Shown here one piece after another: positions 12,613-26,350 of a stretch of 64,000 bases of DNA (positions are counted from its first letter, which is position 1; the number at the start of each line of letters is the position of its first letter). The DNA comes from Ginglymostoma cirratum. Its lineage: Eukaryota. Where the stretch lies: positions 7,155,573 to 7,219,572 of the forward strand of contig JAHRHZ010000084.1 in assembly GCA_024137785.1 (NCBI GenBank). Reading direction: 5' to 3'. The position numbers and the translations under genes were made by a program. The notes beneath the pieces were generated by a model. The model was not told the origin of the DNA. It searched no databases and saw only the letters and a list, made by a program, of their open reading frames with translations.

Positions 12613-15160
12613 GCAGCGTTGACCAGCCACAGCTAAGTAAAGAAATTAAAAAGTCCTTATGAAATTCTTCTGCCTGCTATTTTCATTTAAGCATTAACAG
12701 ATATTTTTGTTGTTGTATGTAAATAACTTGGATATTGGAAGACAGAATCAAATGTTAGAATTTGATGATTAAGCCAAACTTCGAGTGGCCAACAGAAGAT
12801 GATAATAATGATTTCTAATAGGATGTAGGCATGTGAGTGGCGAGTGTAATTTAGAAAATTGGAGATGGTTACTTGTCGAAAATGGGTAAGGAGAAACAAC
12901 ATGCCCTTATTGGCACTTTTCTGAAGATTGCACAAGAACAGAGAGGCAAAGAAGTTGCTTATGAATTAACCTTTGAATTTGGCAGGACATAACCAGAATA
13001 TAGTTGAAATTCGTCAATGGAGGCACTGAGTACTAAAGTAGGGAAGTAATGTTGAACCTTTATATATCTGGTTAGGTCACCACCAGAACAGTGAACATAG
13101 TTCTGGTCATCAAAGTTTGGGAAAAGTGAGTCGTGGAAAGGATTCATGTGAGATATATTGGGAAGGTACTCGAAGTCGGAGATGGTAGATCTGAGATCCG
13201 GTTGGAAAAGCTTCGGTTGTTGGGGTGGACAAAGAAAATTGAGGGGATGACATAACAGAACTATACAAGATTATCAAAAGTTCAGATAAGGTAGACAAGG
13301 AAAACTGTCCCCATTCACTGACAACACAAAATCTAGAGAACATAGAGTTAAGGTTTTAGAAAAGAGATGCAGAGGAAATGCAAAGAAGCATTTTTAACGT
13401 GAGTGATATTGGCCTGGAAATGCATCCCATTAGGAATGGAAGCACAGACCATCAATGATTTCAAACAGAAAATCAATGGGCTCATGAACAAAGTAAACCT
13501 GCGGGCTACAGTTATCAAAAGACGGGGTGCGACTGAGTTGCCTAAAGAAAAGCCTTCAGACTTGATAGGCCATATGTTGTCTTTAGTGTTTCTAAATTGC
13601 TCTAATTTAAAGTTGTTTTCATTTATTCACTGACGGAAAACGGGTAGCACGGACTAGGCCAACAGTTCTTGTCTATCCTAATTGATCTTGAGAAGGTGAA
13701 GGTGAGTTGAATTCTTGAACTATTACAGTCCATCTGCGTTGGTCACCCACAAAACTATGAGGAAAATAGTTTGATTACTTTGACAAGCAAAAGCGAAACG
13801 ACAGTGGTAAAGTTCCTTGTCAGCATAGAAATGGTGACACTCCAAAGCATCTACAGCTCTTGCCCTCCTGGGTGGTAGACGTCATAAGTTTATGAAATAT
13901 TGGAAACTAATGGGAGGAAACTTCATGCCAGCTTTTATTTACAAGCTCAATTATCTCAAGCAGTGACTGACAAGTGATTAACAAGTCGTATTAAACATTA
14001 CTTTCACAGATTGAACAAAGAGGTGGAGATGACAAGCTGGCTTGTGCAACTTGAAGCTCGCTGATTCCAAAAAAAAGTCATCAAAACCGATATTGCAATA
14101 CAAATGTGCAGGATATGCACATATAAAGCTGATAAGAGAGATGCTGAAAACCAGAAAAGCAGTCTGACGTTGTGAATTATTTATAGATGGAAGCCGAGGA
14201 TATCCAATCATATACCATAAAATCGATGTCAATCACTGTTCCATAGCTCAATAGGGAATAATGATCTGGAACACCACAGGTAACTCATGTGCATGATGGG
14301 GGGAGAAGGTGAAACGTTTATTTTCAGCTTCAGTGTTGAGTATTATATCCAAACATAATGGGTTGCCAAATACAGGTCTTCAGTTTACTGTATAAGACTC
14401 TCCGTTCATCTGCTTATTCTCGACTGGTATCTTCTCTCTTACATGACTCACATGAATCACATTACAGCACATTTATCACAGTCTGTGGGAGAACTAGTCC
14501 AGAGCTTGTCATCAGAAGACGGCTTGGTTTTCAAGCAAAAATTCAAAAGTTGCTGCAGGCCCTATATACAACAAAGGAATGAAGAACAGCATCAGTGCAA
14601 GAGACAAGGCTGATGCATTTGTGTCCATTTTCAAATAGAGGAATGCAAAACACATTGCTATATCGTCCGCAGCATCTCAGATGCCAGTCATCAATGAACA
14701 TTATTCCATTCATGTGATATCAATAAACAAATGAAGACTCTGGTTTCTGCAAAGGGCATAGGCTCTGACAACAATGAGTAAGCTGAAGACTTCTAATCCA
14801 GACTAGATTTGTCCCAGCCAACCTTTTCTAACGCAGTTACACCGCTGGCATCTGACTGGCAATCTGTAAAATTGCCCAGATATGACCTCAAAAAGCAGAA
14901 CACATCCACTAATGCCAATTGCCACCATTTCAATCTACTCTGAAATATTGGAAAGTTTATGGAAGGGGCCAGAGTTATGAAAAGACACTTGCTCAGAAGT
15001 AATCTACCCACCGCGGCTCATTTTGGATTCTTCCCGAGACTTTCAAGTCCTAATCTCATTTCAGATTTTGTTCCAAAAAAAAAACCTGAACTCCAAAGGT
15101 ATGGTGAGAGTGAGTGCCCTGAACATCAAATAAACATTTGATTAAACACAAACGAGGTTT

Positions 15161-15560
15161 NNNNNNNNNNNNNNNNNNNNNNNNNNNNNNNNNNNNNNNN
15201 NNNNNNNNNNNNNNNNNNNNNNNNNNNNNNNNNNNNNNNNNNNNNNNNNNNNNNNNNNNNNNNNNNNNNNNNNNNNNNNNNNNNNNNNNNNNNNNNNNNN
15301 NNNNNNNNNNNNNNNNNNNNNNNNNNNNNNNNNNNNNNNNNNNNNNNNNNNNNNNNNNNNNNNNNNNNNNNNNNNNNNNNNNNNNNNNNNNNNNNNNNNN
15401 NNNNNNNNNNNNNNNNNNNNNNNNNNNNNNNNNNNNNNNNNNNNNNNNNNNNNNNNNNNNNNNNNNNNNNNNNNNNNNNNNNNNNNNNNNNNNNNNNNNN
15501 NNNNNNNNNNNNNNNNNNNNNNNNNNNNNNNNNNNNNNNNNNNNNNNNNNNNNNNNNNNN
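15161..15560. other. Assembly gap (400 N)
   Basis: Run of N characters. Confidence 1.
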
Positions 15561-15659
15561 ACAGACCCAACGTTGATGCAGCATCTGATCACTTATGGTT
15601 TGCAAAGCATGCAATGTCTGAGTGCTGTAGTGGAAACTCAGATGGAGGTCATGTGAGAA

Positions 15660-15812
15660 AACAAGGTGTGGGGCTGGATGAACACAGCAGGCCAAGCAGC
15701 ATCATAGGAGCAGGAAAGCTTGACGTTTCGGGGTCTAGGCCCGAAACGTCAAACTTTCCTGCTCCTATGATGCTGCTTGGCCTGCTGTGTTCATCCAGCT
15801 CCACACCTTGTT
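15660..15812. repeat. Near-perfect palindrome of about 150 bp made of two arms of the short PLE-type element
   Basis: AACAAGGTGTGG...GACGTTTCGG / CCGAAACGTC...CCACACCTTGTT. Confidence 0.9.
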
Positions 15813-16982
15813 AAATAAAAATGTAAGTGGCTTGAATAGCGCAGGAGGGAAGAGCAGATTCAAAACGTTAACTCTGATATTTTCTTCGCCCATGCTACCA
15901 GACCTGCTGAGCTTTTCAAGCCACTTCTGTTTCTGCTCCAAGACAGTAGGATCTCTTCAGGGTAGTGTCTTAGCCCAACCATCTTCAAATTATTCGATTA
16001 TTTTGTCACATAATAGTCAGAATTTAATGTATTCCTTGGTGTTTGCACAATGTCCAAAGTGATCCACAAATCATACTGCACATGTTCCATATGCAACAAG
16101 ACCTGACTTGTACTAGACTTGGACTGGTGAATGGCAAGTAACATTCGTGCCACGAAACTGCCAGTCAACGCGAATCTCAAACAATAGAGAATTAAACATT
16201 GCCCTGTAGCATTTATTGGCACTGCCATCATTGAAAGTTACACTTCCAAAATTCTGGTGTTGTTGTTAGCCTGAAACTGAAATTGAACAATTAAATTAAT
16301 ACTGGCATTGCATGAACAACTGAGGGCAATAGTTTCTGCAGTGAGTAGTTTGCCTCCTGACATGCCAATTCCTTTCCACCATCTACAAGGCATAAGTCAG
16401 TAGCACCATAGAATACTCTCCATTTGCCTGAATACGTGCACATCTGAAAGCAAACAAGAAGCTCAACGTCATCCAAAGAAAAGTAGCCGATGTCACTGGC
16501 ATTCAATCCAACTCCTTCCACATTCAATTCATCCACAGTTGACATACAGGAACAACAGTGTTTGCTATCTGCAAGTTGCACTGTAGCAAATCTCTAAGGC
16601 CCCCCCAACTGCGAATTCCAATTTCATGACGTCTACCATCTGGAAGGAAAAGGGCTGCAGATGTTGGGGCCATCTGCAGGTTCCTCTCCAAGCCACATAC
16701 CGTCCTACATTACATTTCTCATAGTACCCACACTTGTTCCTGAATCAAAATCCTTGAACTTCGTCTGAACAATAATACGGGAGCATTTACATACAAAGGA
16801 CTGCGGCATTCAAAAGGCAGCTCAACACAATCAGCAAGGGTGATGTGGAATGCATGAGGGAAAAAAAAACAGTAATGTCCATACCCCAGGAATAAAGCTA
16901 ACGTAATACATTCTCAAACCTCTTGCTAAGAATGAATTCAACTCATTCCCTGCATTGTGCAAAATAAATATCGAGTGAACTA

Positions 16983-17781
16983 TGTCCGACTGTGAGGTTC
17001 GTTTTTGGAGACCCTCACGGACTTGATGCAATAATAAGACACTGACCTGTTTGGAAAAACATAAATCCTTTATTACAAAGCAAGTACAAGCTGTGGAGGA
17101 TCACTGTACTCAACCCGGCGCAGAGTGCAGAGTCTCGTAAGCGATTCTCCCCGAGCAGCGGACAGTCCCCACTTTTTATACCTTATCGAGTGCATAGTAC
17201 ATAAAGCAATTTTACATCTCACAATGGCATATTACATGAAACAATCACTACATCAGACAATGACATGATAACACAAACAATTTCTACATCGAAAACATAA
17301 AGAAAGCAGGATACAGTATTGATTGCTCGCAAAGTGACTGCTAACGGCAGGAGGCGATTTCAAGTTGCCGAAGTGACAGAATGTAATTTCAAGATTCCGA
17401 AGTGTCTGGCTTGAACAAAGGCCAGTGTCCTGGCCCCTTTAGCAGAAACAGAAATTACATTCTTTACAGGATTTCAGAAGTCTCACACCTTTACAAATAT
17501 TGCCACCTAATCTTATTTGAGACAGCTTCCACATACCCCTGTGCAGGAAAATAAAGATTTGCAAAGTTTATACCTAATTCTATTCAGGCAGGAGGGTTAC
17601 GGAAGTGTCTTTTCTACTTATGTATAGGAAGATAAGGATTTACAAAGTTTTACACCTAATTCTAGTTGGGCAGGAAGTTTTAAGGCAGTGCCTGCGTACT
17701 TCTGTGTAAGCAGATAAAGAGCGTTAATTTATAGAGAATATAGAAATCAATGGGATGTTATCCCAATAACATCTCACTACA
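16983..17781 (-). mobile_element. Solo LTR (799 bp) of an ERV or LTR retrotransposon
   Basis: TG...CA termini; ACTA TSD at 16979-16982 and 17782-17785; on the minus strand, about 80-bp tandem repeats (17549-17720), TATAAAAA (17180-17173), then AATAAA (17074-17069). Confidence 0.8.
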
Positions 17782-18024
17782 ACTAAAGAAGGCACAAACT
17801 GGTGAAACTTCTTTGTGATTCATTACTTTTCAAGACCATAATTTTCTCAAGACAGTCAAACTCAATCGCCGAAGTCCAAATCAAATGGCATGTTTCCTTT
17901 GTAAATATAATGTTCTCAACTACATTTTGATACTATTTCAAGAATATGTGCATGCGACCTTGTGACTGACTGCTTGCGACACTATGACTTACCTGTATCT
18001 CTGTCAACTTGTATACATTTTAAT

Positions 18025-18345
18025 TTTATTCATTCATGGGATGATGGTATCACCGACTAGGCAACATTTATTGGCCAGAGTGTAGTTCAGAGTCAACCCC
18101 ATTGCTGTAGGTTTGGAGTCATGGAGGCAAGACAAAGATAAGGATGGCATTTTCCTTCCCTCTAGGACATTAGTGAACCAGACGGGATTTTCCTGATAAT
18201 TGATGATGGGTTTATAGACATCATAGGACTCTTTTTGTTAGTTACAAATTCCACCATCTGCCATGGTGGGATTTGAATCCAGATCACCAGAACATTTTCC
18301 AAATCTCTAGCCTAACAGCCCAAAGATAATACCACTCGGCCATGG
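18025..18345 (-). mobile_element. Degenerate tRNA-derived SINE (resembles SacSINE1/DeuSINE type)
   Basis: Reverse-complement similarity to 49290-49625; tail CATCCCATGAATGAATAAAA on the minus strand. Family name is from recall. Confidence 0.5.
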
Positions 18346-18499
18346 CATTCTGTTGCTGCTTACGACGTGGACTTTTCAGTACTTGGAAAGCCAAACATGG
18401 AATGTTTGACGATTCTGCGGAATTTCTCCACCCTCTCTGCAGTTTTGCTGTTTCCTACGCCAAAAGATTAAAGTCAACGTTGTAATTCATCTCCGTTAA

Positions 18500-19290
18500 T
18501 CACGCTAGAATAGACACACATCGGAGGGAAGAAACTCCATTTAAGATGTGTACAGAGTAGGAATCTCCCGGCGGAACTCCTTTGCTCTGCTTCTTCTTTT
18601 TCTTATGCTTTCTTTTTTCTCTACATTTTATTCCTTCCCTCCCCCGTCTACCTTCAGCACCGGAGGCGAATATCGGCAGGTTTCGGCAGCAAGTCCCCGG
18701 AGCAGCAAGTCCCGGAGTTTGGGCCCAGTGAACAAGCCAGAACACCGCGTGAAGTTGCGTGACCTGGAGTAGCGTGGAGAACGAGCAACTGCGAAACCAG
18801 AGCACCGCAGGACCTGCGAGCCCCGGAGCACCGCGTGGGCTGCAAGCCCTGCAGCATGCGGGGAACGAGCCGGTGCAGCGCGGGGAACAAGCTGGTATAG
18901 CGCGAGGAATGAGCGGTACAGCGAGGCCTGCTAATCCACGAGTATCTCATGGGGAATCCTAAGACCTGGAGCGGCGTGAGGGACACGAATCCCGGTAAAG
19001 CGCCACTTACATCGTGCCTGCTGAGTGACGGAGACGATACGAGTGAAGGCTGGTGTGATGCAGGATAGTTGTTGCACTTGAGCCTGGCGCCAGCCACTGC
19101 TGTTTGGTATTCTTACAGCACTGTAATGTAAATCCTTACCTTTTAATCCTCTTGTATAACAACATTTTCCTTTTACTCTATATCATTTGTACCTCGGTAA
19201 TTGTATCTAAAAGAGTGCCATTAAAAGGCAGCCATTGTAAAAACTTTTCACTCCTGTACTTCTCTGCTGGCGTATAAGTGACAATACAGG
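18500..19290 (+). mobile_element. GC/CpG-rich putative non-autonomous retroelement with a Rex1/Babar-like 3' tail
   Basis: CpG-rich body with internal short repeats (GAGCACCGC, GCAGCAAGTCCC) and no credible ORF; ends ...CTTTTCACTC...GTGACAATACA. Confidence 0.45.
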
Positions 19291-19785
19291 ATCTTCTAGT
19301 CTATTGGTGGGAAGCTTAAATAAACATTGATTCAGACTCACCTGTTCATTTCAGTGACAATGCGTTTCCCAAATGTCATGTCTGAAAGTAATAACATACC
19401 ACATCCTATAATGCTGCGGTTGCACTGACCTCTACCAATATCAGGTTCCAAAATGCTTGCCCCGAGAAGACTTTGACGTTCTGTCAATGACTGTTGACCA
19501 CGTCCAACATGTGTAATGACGGCGTCAAGACACCTAACAGCTTACACTGCTCCATATTGCATCAATGACGCCACATCGTTTAGTCTTAAGGGCGGGTGAG
19601 AAGAACGACGTTTCAAGATTAAAGATTCATTTAATAGCATTAATGTAATCCTATTCAAGTTTGCACTCAGAGTTGGGTTTGGGGCTCGATGCTTTAGGAA
19701 TAAGGATTGGATTGTTAGAATCAATGTAAGTCTGTTTACACTTGAACGTAGCATTGAATTTGGGGCACCGAGTTGGGCGACTGTT

Positions 19786-22700
19786 ATAAGAACATAGGAA
19801 CATAAGAACTAGGAGCAGGAGTAGGCCATCTGGCCCCTCGAGCCTGCCCCGCCATTTAATGAGATCATGGCTGAACTTTTTGAGACTCAGCTCCACTTAC
19901 CCGCCCACTCACCATAACCCTTAATTCCTTTACTGTTCAAAAATTTCTCTAGCCTTGTCTTAAAAACATTCAGCGAGGTAGCTTCGGCCGCTTCACTGGG
20001 CAGGGAATTCCACAGATTCACAATCCTTTGGGTGAAGAAGTTCCTCCTGACCTCAGTCCTACATCTGCTTCCCTCTATTTTGAGGCGATGCCCTCGAGTC
20101 CTAGTTTCACCTGCTGGCAGAAACAACCTTCCTGCCCCCACCTTATCTATTTCCTTCATAATCTTATATGTTTCTATAAGATCTCCCCTCATTCTTCTGA
20201 ATTCCAATGAGTATTTTCCCAGTCTACTCAGTTTTTCCTCATAATCCAACCCTCTCAACTCTGGAATCAACAGAGTGAATCTCCTCTGCACCCCCTCCAG
20301 TGCTAGTACATCTCTTCTCAAGTAAGGAGACCAAAGCTGCACACAGTACTCCAGGTGCGGCCTCACCATGACCCTATACAGCTGCAGCAGAGCCTCCCTG
20401 TTTTTAAACTCCATCCCTCCAACAATGGCAGACAAAATTCCATTTGCCTTTTTAATCACCTGCCGCACCTGCAATCCTACTTTTTAGCGATTCATGCACA
20501 GGAACACCCAAATCCCTTTGCACAACAGCGTGCTGCAATTTTAACCATTTAAAACATAGTCCATATTGGTGTTATTCCTACCAAAATGGATGACCTCGCA
20601 CTTATCAACATTGTACTCCATCTGCCAGACCTTTGCCCACTCACTTTGACTATCTCTATCCCTCTGCAGACTTACAGTGTCTTCTGCACACTTTGCTCTA
20701 CCATTCATCTTAGTGTCATCCGCAAATTTTGACACACCACACTTAGTCCCCATCTCCAAATAATCTATGTAAATTGTAAACAATTGCGGTCCCAACACTG
20801 ATCCCTGAGGCACACCACTAGCCACTGACTGCCAACCAGAATAATACCCATTTACCCTTACTCTTTGCTTTCTACTGGTCAACCAATCCTCTGTCCATGC
20901 CAAAACATTACCTGTAATACCGTGCAACTTTATCTTATGTAGCAGCCTTTGGTGTAGGACTTTGTCAAATGCCTGCTGGAAATCCAGATTCACCACATCC
21001 ACAGGTTCCCCAGTTTTCCACAATGCAAGTAATGTCCTCAAAGAATTCTACAAAATTAGTTAAACATTACCTACCCTTCATGAACCCATGCTGGGTGTTC
21101 CCAATGGGACAATTTATATCCAGACGTCTTGCTATTTCTTCCTTCATGATAGATTCAAGTGTTTTCCCCACTACCGAAGTTAAGCTAAGTGGCCTATGGT
21201 TACCTGCTTTTTGTCTACTTCATTTTTTTAAACAGTGGCTTCACATTGGCTGTTTTCCAAACTGCAGGAACCACCCCAGAGTCCTGTGAATGTTGGTAAA
21301 TAATTACTAGTGCATTTGCTATTTCCCCCGTCACCTCTTTTAGTACACTGGAATGCATTTCATCAGGGCGAGGAGACTTGTCTACCTTTAGCCCCCATTA
21401 GCTTGCCCAGCACTGCCTCCTTAGTGACAATGATAGTTTTTAGGTCCTCACCTGCTATAAACTTCTTGCCAATAGCTTTTGGCATGTTATTTGTGTCTTC
21501 CACTCTGAAGACCGACACAAAATAATTGTTTAATGTCTCGGCTATTTCCTCATTCCCAGTTATTAAATTGGCCTTCTGATCGTCTAAAGGACCAATGTTT
21601 ACCTTCGCCACTTTCTTTTACGATTTACATGTTTATAGAAAATTTTGCTGCCTTTTTTTGATATTCTGAGCTAGTTTACTCTCATAATCTATCTTACTTT
21701 TCCTTATAACTTTTTTTTGTGGCTTTCTGTTAGCCTTTAAAGATTGCCCAGTCTACTAGTTTCCCACTACTCTTTGCTTTTTTGTATGTGTTTTTTTTCA
21801 ATCTGATACTTTCCTTTATTTCCTTAGACATTCATGGCTGTCTCTTTCTTTTCCGACAGTTCTTCCTTATCACTGGAATATACTTCTGCTCAGCACTATA
21901 AAAATCGTTTTGAAAGTCCTCCACTGTTCCTCAAGTGACCCACCATAAACTTTTTGCTCCCATTCTACCTTAGCAAACTCCTCCCTCATTCCTTCATAGT
22001 TTCTATTGTTTAAGCACAGGACATAGGTACTGGATTTAACCTTCTCACGCTCCATCTGTATTTTAAATTCAACCATACTGTGATCGCTCCTTCCGAGAGC
22101 ATCCCTGACTGTGAGATCATTAATTATTCCTGTCTCATTACACAGGACTAGATCTAGGATAGCTAGGTTCCTTTATATATTGTTCAAGGAAATTGTTGCG
22201 GATGCATTCTGTGAACCCCATTCTCAAGGCTGCCATGACCGACCTGATTTGACCGATCGATATGTTGTTTAAAATCCCCCATGATAACTGCTGTACCATT
22301 TTTACATGCATTAGCTATTTCTATGTTTATTGCCCGCCCCACCAGGATGTCATTATTTGTTGGCCTGTACACCACACTTATCAGTGACTTCTTCTCCCTG
22401 CCATTCCTAATTTCCACCCAAATGGGTTCAACGTTTTGTTCAGTAGAACCTATATCATCTCTCACTACCGCCCTGATATCATCCTTAAAAATCAGAGCAA
22501 CACCACCTCCCTTACCTTCCTGTCTGTCCTTCGAACAGTTTGATATCCCTGGATATTTAACTCCCAGTCATGACCATCCTGTAACCATATCTCTGTAATG
22601 GCCATTAAATCACACCCATTTGCCATGATTTGCACTGTCAACTCATCCACCTTGTTTAGAATGCTCCGAGCATTCAGATAAAGTACCCTTATGCCAGTTT

Positions 22701-24190
22701 TTGCGCTTTCTTTTTGGGTGCTATTATCTCCATTACTAACAGCTCTTGAGTTCTCCTTCCCTTTAATATTTTTCCTAATGTTCAATGGAGTTGAAGCTTC
22801 CTCGTCACTTGCTAACCTTCTGCTTTGTCTTGCATTAATTGTTATTCTCCCTCTACGCTTTCTTCTCCCTTCCCCCCTACTTAATAGTTTATAGTCCTAT
22901 TAACCACCCTATTTACCCTTTTCGCCAGAACACAGGGTCCGGCCCTGTTCAGGTGGAGTCCATCCCAGCGGTATATATCCCTCCTGTCCCAGAACTGATG
23001 CAAGTGCCCCATGAAAAGCAAACCCTCTTTCCCACACCACTCTTTTATCCACCTGTTTACTTCCCTGATCCTCGCCTCCCTATGCCAATTTGCACGTAGC
23101 TTAGGCAGCAATCCAGAGATTATGACCCTTGAAGACCTGTTATTTTTTAAATTTTGTTCTTAGCTCTTTATACAGGTCTTTTTTCCTAGTCCTTCCTATG
23201 TTGTGCCTACGTGGACCACAACAACTGAATCCTCCCCCTCCCTCTCTGATATCCTCTCAAGCCAGTCAGAGACGTCTCGCATCCTGGCACTAAGCAGGCA
23301 ACACACCATGTGGGATTCTCTATCCTGCTCGCAAAGGATAATGTCTATCCCCCTGATGATGCAATCCCTTACGACTACAATCTGTCTTTTTGCTCCCCCC
23401 TCTTGAATGGCCTCCTGGGCCATGGCACCATGGTCAGTTGATTCATCCATCCTGCAGCCCTGTTCAACGCAGGGAGCGAGTGCCTCATACCTGTTGGACA
23501 ATGTCAAGGGCTGCGGCTCCTGTGTTCCTGTCTGCAGGGTCCCTCTACCTGCCTCACTCGTAGTCACACTTTGCTGTCCCTGCCTGCCGATCGAATTAAC
23601 ATTAGTTAATCTACCAGGTGTGACTGCCTCCTGGAACACAGCATCCAGTTATTACTCCCCGTCCCGGATGTGCCGCAGTGTTTGGAGTCCAGATTCTGGC
23701 TCATCAATTTTAAGCCGGAGCTCCTCAAGCAGCCAACACTTGCTACAGATGTGGTCACTGCCGTTCTCAATGGGATCAGCTAGCTCCCACATCATACAGC
23801 TACAACACATCACCTGGCCTGCCATCTCTACTTAGTTAATTATTTAAAATTGATTAGGTTTTTTTTTAGTTTTGCAGTATACTCTGCACCAGTAAGTTTA
23901 CTCCATTATATACTCAAACAGACACCGGTTTTGCCTTCTGACCCGCTCCAGGAGGATTTGGCGTCTAGGTAACCACCCCGAAAGATAACAAAGAGATGAG
24001 GGAAAACAATGCAAGTAGATTACCTGCTCTCCACACTTTGTCGTTATTATTAGGTTAGAGGAGGTGGAAGGGTGGGAGAAACTATGCGTGTAGTGTCTCA
24101 GGTATTAGTTAACTCCCAAATTTATTGGGTGGAAGCTTAGCTTCCCAGGCTGCCCTCGCACTTTCTCCCGGACTCCCGCCGCTGAAACAA
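19786..24190 (-). mobile_element. Near-full-length CR1 LINE (about 4.4 kb), frameshifted
   Basis: Minus strand: ORF1 MAGQVMCCSC...ICSKC and esterase, ORF2 LYLNARS, IMGDF, QGSVLGP, KFADD, RNFFTQRIVNLWNSLP; tail repeats at 19786-19810. Confidence 0.92.
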
Positions 24191-24329
24191 CTGAAAGCAT
24201 GAAAGTTATGATAGCAGCTGACAGTAATACTGTACAATTCAGTACTCAAAGTGAAGCCTGGCTTGACAGATCCTCAGTTTTTCACTTTTCTACCTATTTC
24301 GTCAATCATTCTAAATAATTATCTTCTTC

Positions 24330-26350
24330 TGAGTATCATTCCTGCATTATGTTATTCAGCTTACCTCATGCTAATTGCCCTGGACACCATGAACTCTTAG
24401 CTTTTCAACTATTCTTCAATGTGAAAGCTTGTAAAACACCATTCTGAAGTGCATGGAGACATCACCTGTATTACCCTCATTTACACCGCTCGTCATGTAC
24501 TCGATAAATTGAATCAAATTTGTTCGACATGGTCTCCTCCAAATAAAACTCTGAAGGCTTTCATTAATTAATCCTTGCCTCCACAATTGAAGATTAATTC
24601 CCAGCCCGCATGTCACTGGCCTGTTGTTTCCTGGTTTATCCCATGACCCTTCTTGAATGAAGCCGCCCTCCAGTTCACTGACATAATTGTTCTGGTCATG
24701 AGGATTGAATGTTAATGTCAGAGCCCATGAAACCTCCTTGCTTGCCTCCCACAGCAGCTTTACATACATCTGGGCCTGGAGGTTAATCTGCTTTCAAGCC
24801 AGCTAAAACTACTAATACCTTCTTCCTATCAGTTCCAATACGTTCGAGACTAACTTAGTTAATATTATTGTCCTTCCCTCAGTTCAGAACCTTTATTACC
24901 AGTCCATCTCAGTCCTTATCCATATTTTATTTAAATCTTTCTGAATTGTGGTCATTATCACTGAAATGCTGCCCCACCGCCATACCTTCCATGGCCGGAT
25001 CTACCCAACATTGTTCCTGAAAATTAAGTGAAACAGGACAGCAGCGGCAACAGCATCCCGTCTCCCCACTTGCCCCAACCATCCCAAATCAGACGTGTTG
25101 GTTTCAAAAGCTCTCATGAACACACTTGATGAATTCCACCTCCTCTAAGTAATTCATATTTTATCGACCCAAGCTAACTTTGGGGAAGTTGAAATCCCTT
25201 ACTCTTATTTCCCAAATATTTTCACAATTCTCTCCAAATTGTCTATATATCTGTCTTTCTACCTCTCCCTGACTGATTGGGATTTACAGTACAAACGTGC
25301 AAAGAGATACGCACATTTTGTCTTTTACTACGACCCCTAAATGGACACATTTGTCTGTATGCACGACCTGTATGGAGACACTTTAGTGATGTTTTAAGAC
25401 ATTGTCCCTCCTTATTGCAGTAATTCACTCTGATTAATATTGTGATATTACCTCTTCTTTTGCAGCTTCTTCCTCCACTTGGCTTAATGATTCTATATCC
25501 TGGAATGTTGAGGAGTCAGTCTCTTTCTTCCCTCAACAGTGTCTCCACAATAACAATGATATCACATTCTCATGCTTTAATCAAAACTCTCAAGTCATTG
25601 CTTTAAAATAAATGCCATCCATCCTTTCCATGTTTCCACGTGCATTTACTCGATTATGTTTACACTGCCTTCTATACCAACTCGATTACCCTTCTACACT
25701 TATCTGTGCCTCCGCCTACTGTACTTCCACTCTATATATTGACCACCCTACCACATTAGCGTAAACACGCATCAACCACACTCTTAAGCGGCCCCATAAG
25801 TATGTTTGTCGTATTGTCATTCAAGTGACATTCCTGACCCTGTCCCCAGGGAGGAAAAGCACCATTTTAAAAGTTACTTCCGTGGTTGCCGAATTGCCTG
25901 TCTGTAACTGTCACTATTGAATATCCTATTACCATTGTTATCTCTATCTCCTTTCTTGCGCAGCTTTCTTGGGCACTGGCTGCGCTCTCACCGTTTTCCA
26001 GTACATAAAATGCATACTTGGGTGAGAAGCACTCTGGTGCTTTCCGAATCAGCCACCGTTCGACTGACTGATGACCACCCATTGCCTCCCTGACTATTTT
26101 TTTTTTGTCTAAGCTGCGTGGTGATCACGTCCTGAAGTGCTACCCACATAATTCTCAGCCTCACTGGTGCGTTGTAGTGGCTCCAAAAACAGGCTTTCAA
26201 GCTTATCAAACTCGTGGCACTTTCTGCAGATGCTTTCATTCAGATTGCCAGGAGCATTCATGACTTCCCATACACTGCAGATGGTGCAACATACAGAGCT
26301 GAACTCCCCTGCTGAATTGGACGATTTGTTATTCACCACAACCCACGAAA
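24330..26350 (-). mobile_element. Older degraded CR1 LINE (ORF1 and part of ORF2)
   Basis: CCTICSVWE...ICRKC, VIGYSIV, DKPGNNRPV in minus-strand ORFs. Confidence 0.7.

Larger units (their letters stand above)
14050..16880 (+). mobile_element. Old degraded LINE (CR1/L2-group) ORF2 spanning the assembly gap
   Basis: Degenerate RT-like segments (e.g. QGSVLAQP near 15960) and a 3' tail near 16870; boundaries approximate. Confidence 0.5.

Noticed and set aside
15056-15695. Long ORFs in the ORF track
   Set aside because: Artefacts of the 400-N gap.
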